Origin: Chiloscyllium plagiosum
Lineage: Eukaryota
Direction: 5' to 3'
NCBI RefSeq assembly: GCF_004010195.1
Contig: NC_057719.1
Coordinates: 3,045,797-3,109,796 of the forward strand
Length of the DNA: 64,000 bases
Part shown: in pieces, positions 60,648-64,000 of the stretch
Numbering within the stretch: the first letter of the stretch is position 1
Layout: each line of letters begins with the position of its first letter
Notes under the pieces: generated by a model
Databases searched by the model: none
Seen by the model: the letters and a program-made list of their open reading frames with translations, nothing else
What the model was told of the DNA's origin: nothing
Translations under genes and position numbers: made by a program

Positions 60648-60735
60648 GGACAAAGTCACATGACACCAGGTTGTAGTTCAACAGGTTTATTTCAAATCAC
60701 AAGCTTTTGCAGCGCTGCTCCTTTGTCAGGTGAAC
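60648..60735 (-). mobile_element. Family D terminal-repeat fragment
   Basis: GTCACATGACACCAGGTTGTAGTTCAACAGGTTTATTT..AAGCTTTTGCAGCGCTGCTCCTTTGTCAGG. Confidence 0.75.
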
Positions 60736-61483
60736 CTGGCTGGCCTGTAGAGTTTCTCCGGCAATTTCTGCTCATTTGAGGGAAGGTTGCCGTTTATCAG
60801 GGTGTGCTGGAACCTTCAATCCCAGGGAAAGCTCAGACTCAGTCCAGGGCCATGCCAACAGTCAGGTATCTGCTTGGATTGGGCACAGTCAGGGGATTTG
60901 TGCAGTTAAAGTCCACCCAGGCTGATATCCCGTCAGCAAGTCCCACTTTATTTACACATGGAGAATCCTTGACATTGATCCAGCTCCCTCAGAGCCAGCT
61001 CTCAGAGTGAACAGAACCACTGACAGTCCAGTTTATTTTTTTTAAAACAATACAGTTTACAAACAGTTAACATTAACAAGCTGTATACAAGAAACAGCAA
61101 TTTACAAGGGAGAGAAAAGGCAAAGCCAGAACTCAAACCAGTTTTCAGGGAAAGGAGGGCAAGCCTCAAATCCCACTTTCAGTCATCACAAAAGGAGCAG
61201 TAACAAATACATACAAGACAGTCTAACTAGATAAGAAACAATGCATATAACACAGACTTCCCCAGCAAGCCACTCGTCCCTCCCACCTTCCGGCTACTCT
61301 AAGGCAGCCTGCCCCATGTCCCTTCCATCTCTCGGTTCGCCCCTACGCCCCTTCCGGCTCTCGGTCTGTCCCATGCCCTTTCCGGGTCTCAGTTCGCACT
61401 GACACGCCTTCTGGCCACCTGGGGGACAGCCTGTCCTGCTTCCCCAACCACCTCCCCCCCCCTCCCCCAGGATGACAGCAATC

Positions 61484-62769
61484 CAATCCTCCCACTTCCT
61501 CCAACCAAAGGAGTAGCCATGGGCACCCGCATGGCCCTAGCTATGCCTGCCTCTTCGTAGGATATGTGGAACAGTCCATCTTCCGCAGCTACACTGCACC
61601 ACCCCCCACCTTTTCCTCTGCTACATTGATGATTGTATCGGCGCTACCTCATGCTCCCACGAGGAGGTTGAACAGTTCATCNNNNNNNNNNNNNNNNNNN
61701 NNNNNNNNNNNNNNNNNNNNNNNNNNNNNNNNNNNNNNNNNNNNNNNNNNNNNNNNNNNNNNNNNNNNNNNNNNNNNNNNNNNNNNNNNNNNNNNNNNNN
61801 NNNNNNNNNNNNNNNNNNNNNNNNNNNNNNNNNNNNNNNNNNNNNNNNNNNNNNNNNNNNNNNNNNNNNNNNNNNNNNNNNNNNNNNNNNNNNNNNNNNN
61901 NNNNNNNNNNNNNNNNNNNNNNNNNNNNNNNNNNNNNNNNNNNNNNNNNNNNNNNNNNNNNNNNNNNNNNNNNNNNNNNNNNNNNNNNNNNNNNNNNNNN
62001 NNNNNNNNNNNNNNNNNNNNNNNNNNNNNNNNNNNNNNNNNNNNNNNNNNNNNNNNNNNNNNNNNNNNNNNNNNNNNNNNNNNNNNNNNNNNNNNNNNNN
62101 NNNNNNNNNNNNNNNNNNNNNNNNNNNNNNNNNNNNNNNNNNNNNNNNNNNNNNNNNNNNNNNNNNNNNNNNNNNNNNNNNNNNNNNNNNNNNNNNNNNN
62201 NNNNNNNNNNNNNNNNNNNNNNNNNNNNNNNNNNNNNNNNNNNNNNNNNNNNNNNNNNNNNNNNNNNNNNNNNNNNNNNNNNNNNNNNNNNNNNNNNNNN
62301 NNNNNNNNNNNNNNNNNNNNNNNNNNNNNNNNNNNNNNNNNNNNNNNNNNNNNNNNNNNNNNNNNNNNNNNNNNNNNNNNNNNNNNNNNNNNNNNNNNNN
62401 NNNNNNNNNNNNNNNNNNNNNNNNNNNNNNNNNNNNNNNNNNNNNNNNNNNNNNNNNNNNNNNNNNNNNNNNNNNNNNNNNNNNNNNNNGCAATCTTCTT
62501 CCCAACCTCTCCGCCCCCACCCGCACTCCGACCTATCACCCTCACCTTAACCTCCTTCCACCTGTCGCATTCCCAATGTCCCTCCCTCAAGTCCGTCCTC
62601 TCTACCTTTTATCTTAGCCTGCTTGGCACATCCTCCTCATTCGTGAAGAAGGGCTTATGCCCGAAACGTCGATTCTCCTTCTCCTTGGATGCTGCCTGAC
62701 CTGCTGCGCTTTTCCAGCAACACATTTTTAAGCTCTGATCTCCAGCATCTGCAGTTCTCACTTTCTCCT
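61484..62769 (+). mobile_element. Penelope-like element, family B (RT core, gap, then 3' terminal repeat)
   Basis: With frameshifts: SSHFLQ/KGVAMGTRM/PSYACLFVGYVEQSIFRSY/HLFLCYIDDCIG; after the gap GTGAAGAAGGGCTTATGCCCGAAACGTC (hammerhead with C3 mutated); flanking AGCAATC at 61477-61483 and 62770-62776. Confidence 0.85.
61682..62490. other. Assembly gap (N run)
   Basis: Continuous n characters. Confidence 1.
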
Positions 62770-62776
62770 AGCAATC

Positions 62777-63390
62777 AGGACAGCCTACCCACCATGCTGC
62801 TTCCCTAACCACCCTTCACACCTTCTGGCCACCTCTAGGATAGCCCATCTCAGTACCCGCCTGGGGTGACAGCGCTGAGGACGGCCTGCCTGCCTTCCAG
62901 CTCTCGGTCCGCCCTGACACAACTTCTGGACACCTCTAGGACAGCCCATCCCGGTACCTGCCCGGGGTGACAGCACTGAGGACGGGCTACCCGCCTTCTG
63001 GCTCTCGGTCTGCTCCTATGTACCATTGGGCTCTCACCCACCCCAATGCACCATCTGGCCTGTGGACTGCCCTGATACACCTTCCAGCCACCTCTAGGAC
63101 AGCCCGTCCCCTTCCCCAGGGTCGACAGAGTACAGGGCAGACCACAAGCTTTCTGGATCTCAGCCTGCCCCTACCCACCTTCTGGCTTTCGGCCGCTCAG
63201 ACACACCTACCGACCACCTCTAGGACGGCACGTCCTGATTACCCCTTCTCAGGACGACAGCGCTCAGAACGGCCTACCCACGCTCTGGCTCTCGGGGCAA
63301 CCGCCATCAGGATGGCCTACTCACCGTCAGGTTCACAGGACGGCCTACCCTCCCTCCGGCTCTCAGGGTGACAGCTTTCAGGACGATCTA
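62777..63390. repeat. Diverged GC-rich tandem repeat (units of roughly 100-150 bp); related units at about 61280-61476
   Basis: Recurring CACCTCTAGGA(C/T)(A/G)GC near 62830, 62931, 63089 and 63215, and GACAGC(G/A)CTGAGGACGG motifs. Confidence 0.8.
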
Positions 63391-64000
63391 TGAGCCTCCC
63401 AGCTCACAGTGAGGCCTGCCTGACCCAGGGACACACGACAGTGCAGGTGGTAAACCCAACAAGCAACAAGACAGAGTCAATTATCAACAGTGTTCTTTCT
63501 AGTATAGAGCCCATTATCATAAACAATTCTCTTCAAAATATAGAGTATTCCCAGGAACAGAGTCCTCTCCAGTATAAAAAGTTAGAAATGGAGTCCACTC
63601 CAAACTGCAGAGTGCATTGCAAAAACAGAGTCCACAACCGAGGGTGGAGTCCACTCCTGAAGGCAGCAAATACATACCCCACAGCAAACTCACAGGTGTT
63701 CAGTCTCCATGGAGACCTGGTCCATCCACAAAGGACCAGGCCCACTCACAGGAACACTATAAAGTTGTAGTTAACACACAGGAGTTTAGTCCACTCCCGA
63801 AGGCAGCAAATGCTCACCTCCCAGCACACACACAGGTGTCCAGTCTCTCTGGAGGCCTAGTCACCCACAAAGGGTCAGGCTTACACACACAGTAACAGCT
63901 CATCTGGAAAAGGCCTCAGTCCAAACACCAAACAAAAGTGAAAACACATTCAAAAAAAGAAGAAAGAAAACTAGAGTGCAGGGGCTAACCCCTGCCATAA

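Noticed and set aside
61566..62699. Three ORFs of 301-377 aa
   Set aside because: They are open only because they cross the N gap
62777..63900. Recurring motifs with variable spacing that might suggest a CRISPR array
   Set aside because: Units are long, diverged and mutually homologous, with no unique spacers and no cas genes, in vertebrate DNA

Overview
Repeat-dominated vertebrate DNA, almost certainly from an elasmobranch (shark), judged by the HE1-type V-SINEs, Deu-domain SINEs and HER1/CR1 LINEs. No intact, recognisable host gene is present. Nearly all ORFs in the track are decayed retroelement fragments (CR1, Rex1/Babar, L2, Penelope-like, one Gypsy pol remnant), SINE-derived noise, or span the N gap at 61682-62490. 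The most striking signal is about 20 minimal type-I hammerhead-ribozyme-like motifs (CTGANGA-[N]-stem II-GAAA-palindromic stem III-NUH) from four Penelope-like terminal-repeat families. Many sit in short foldback elements that carry a motif on each strand and are flanked by 10-16 bp target-site duplications. Other notable items are a young-looking 734-bp solo LTR with a GTAC TSD, several repeat-free islands that resemble conserved non-coding elements, a candidate 24-nt microexon, a candidate 208-nt minus-strand exon, and several local duplications. Family names come from sequence recognition, not database searches, and boundaries of old repeats are approximate.
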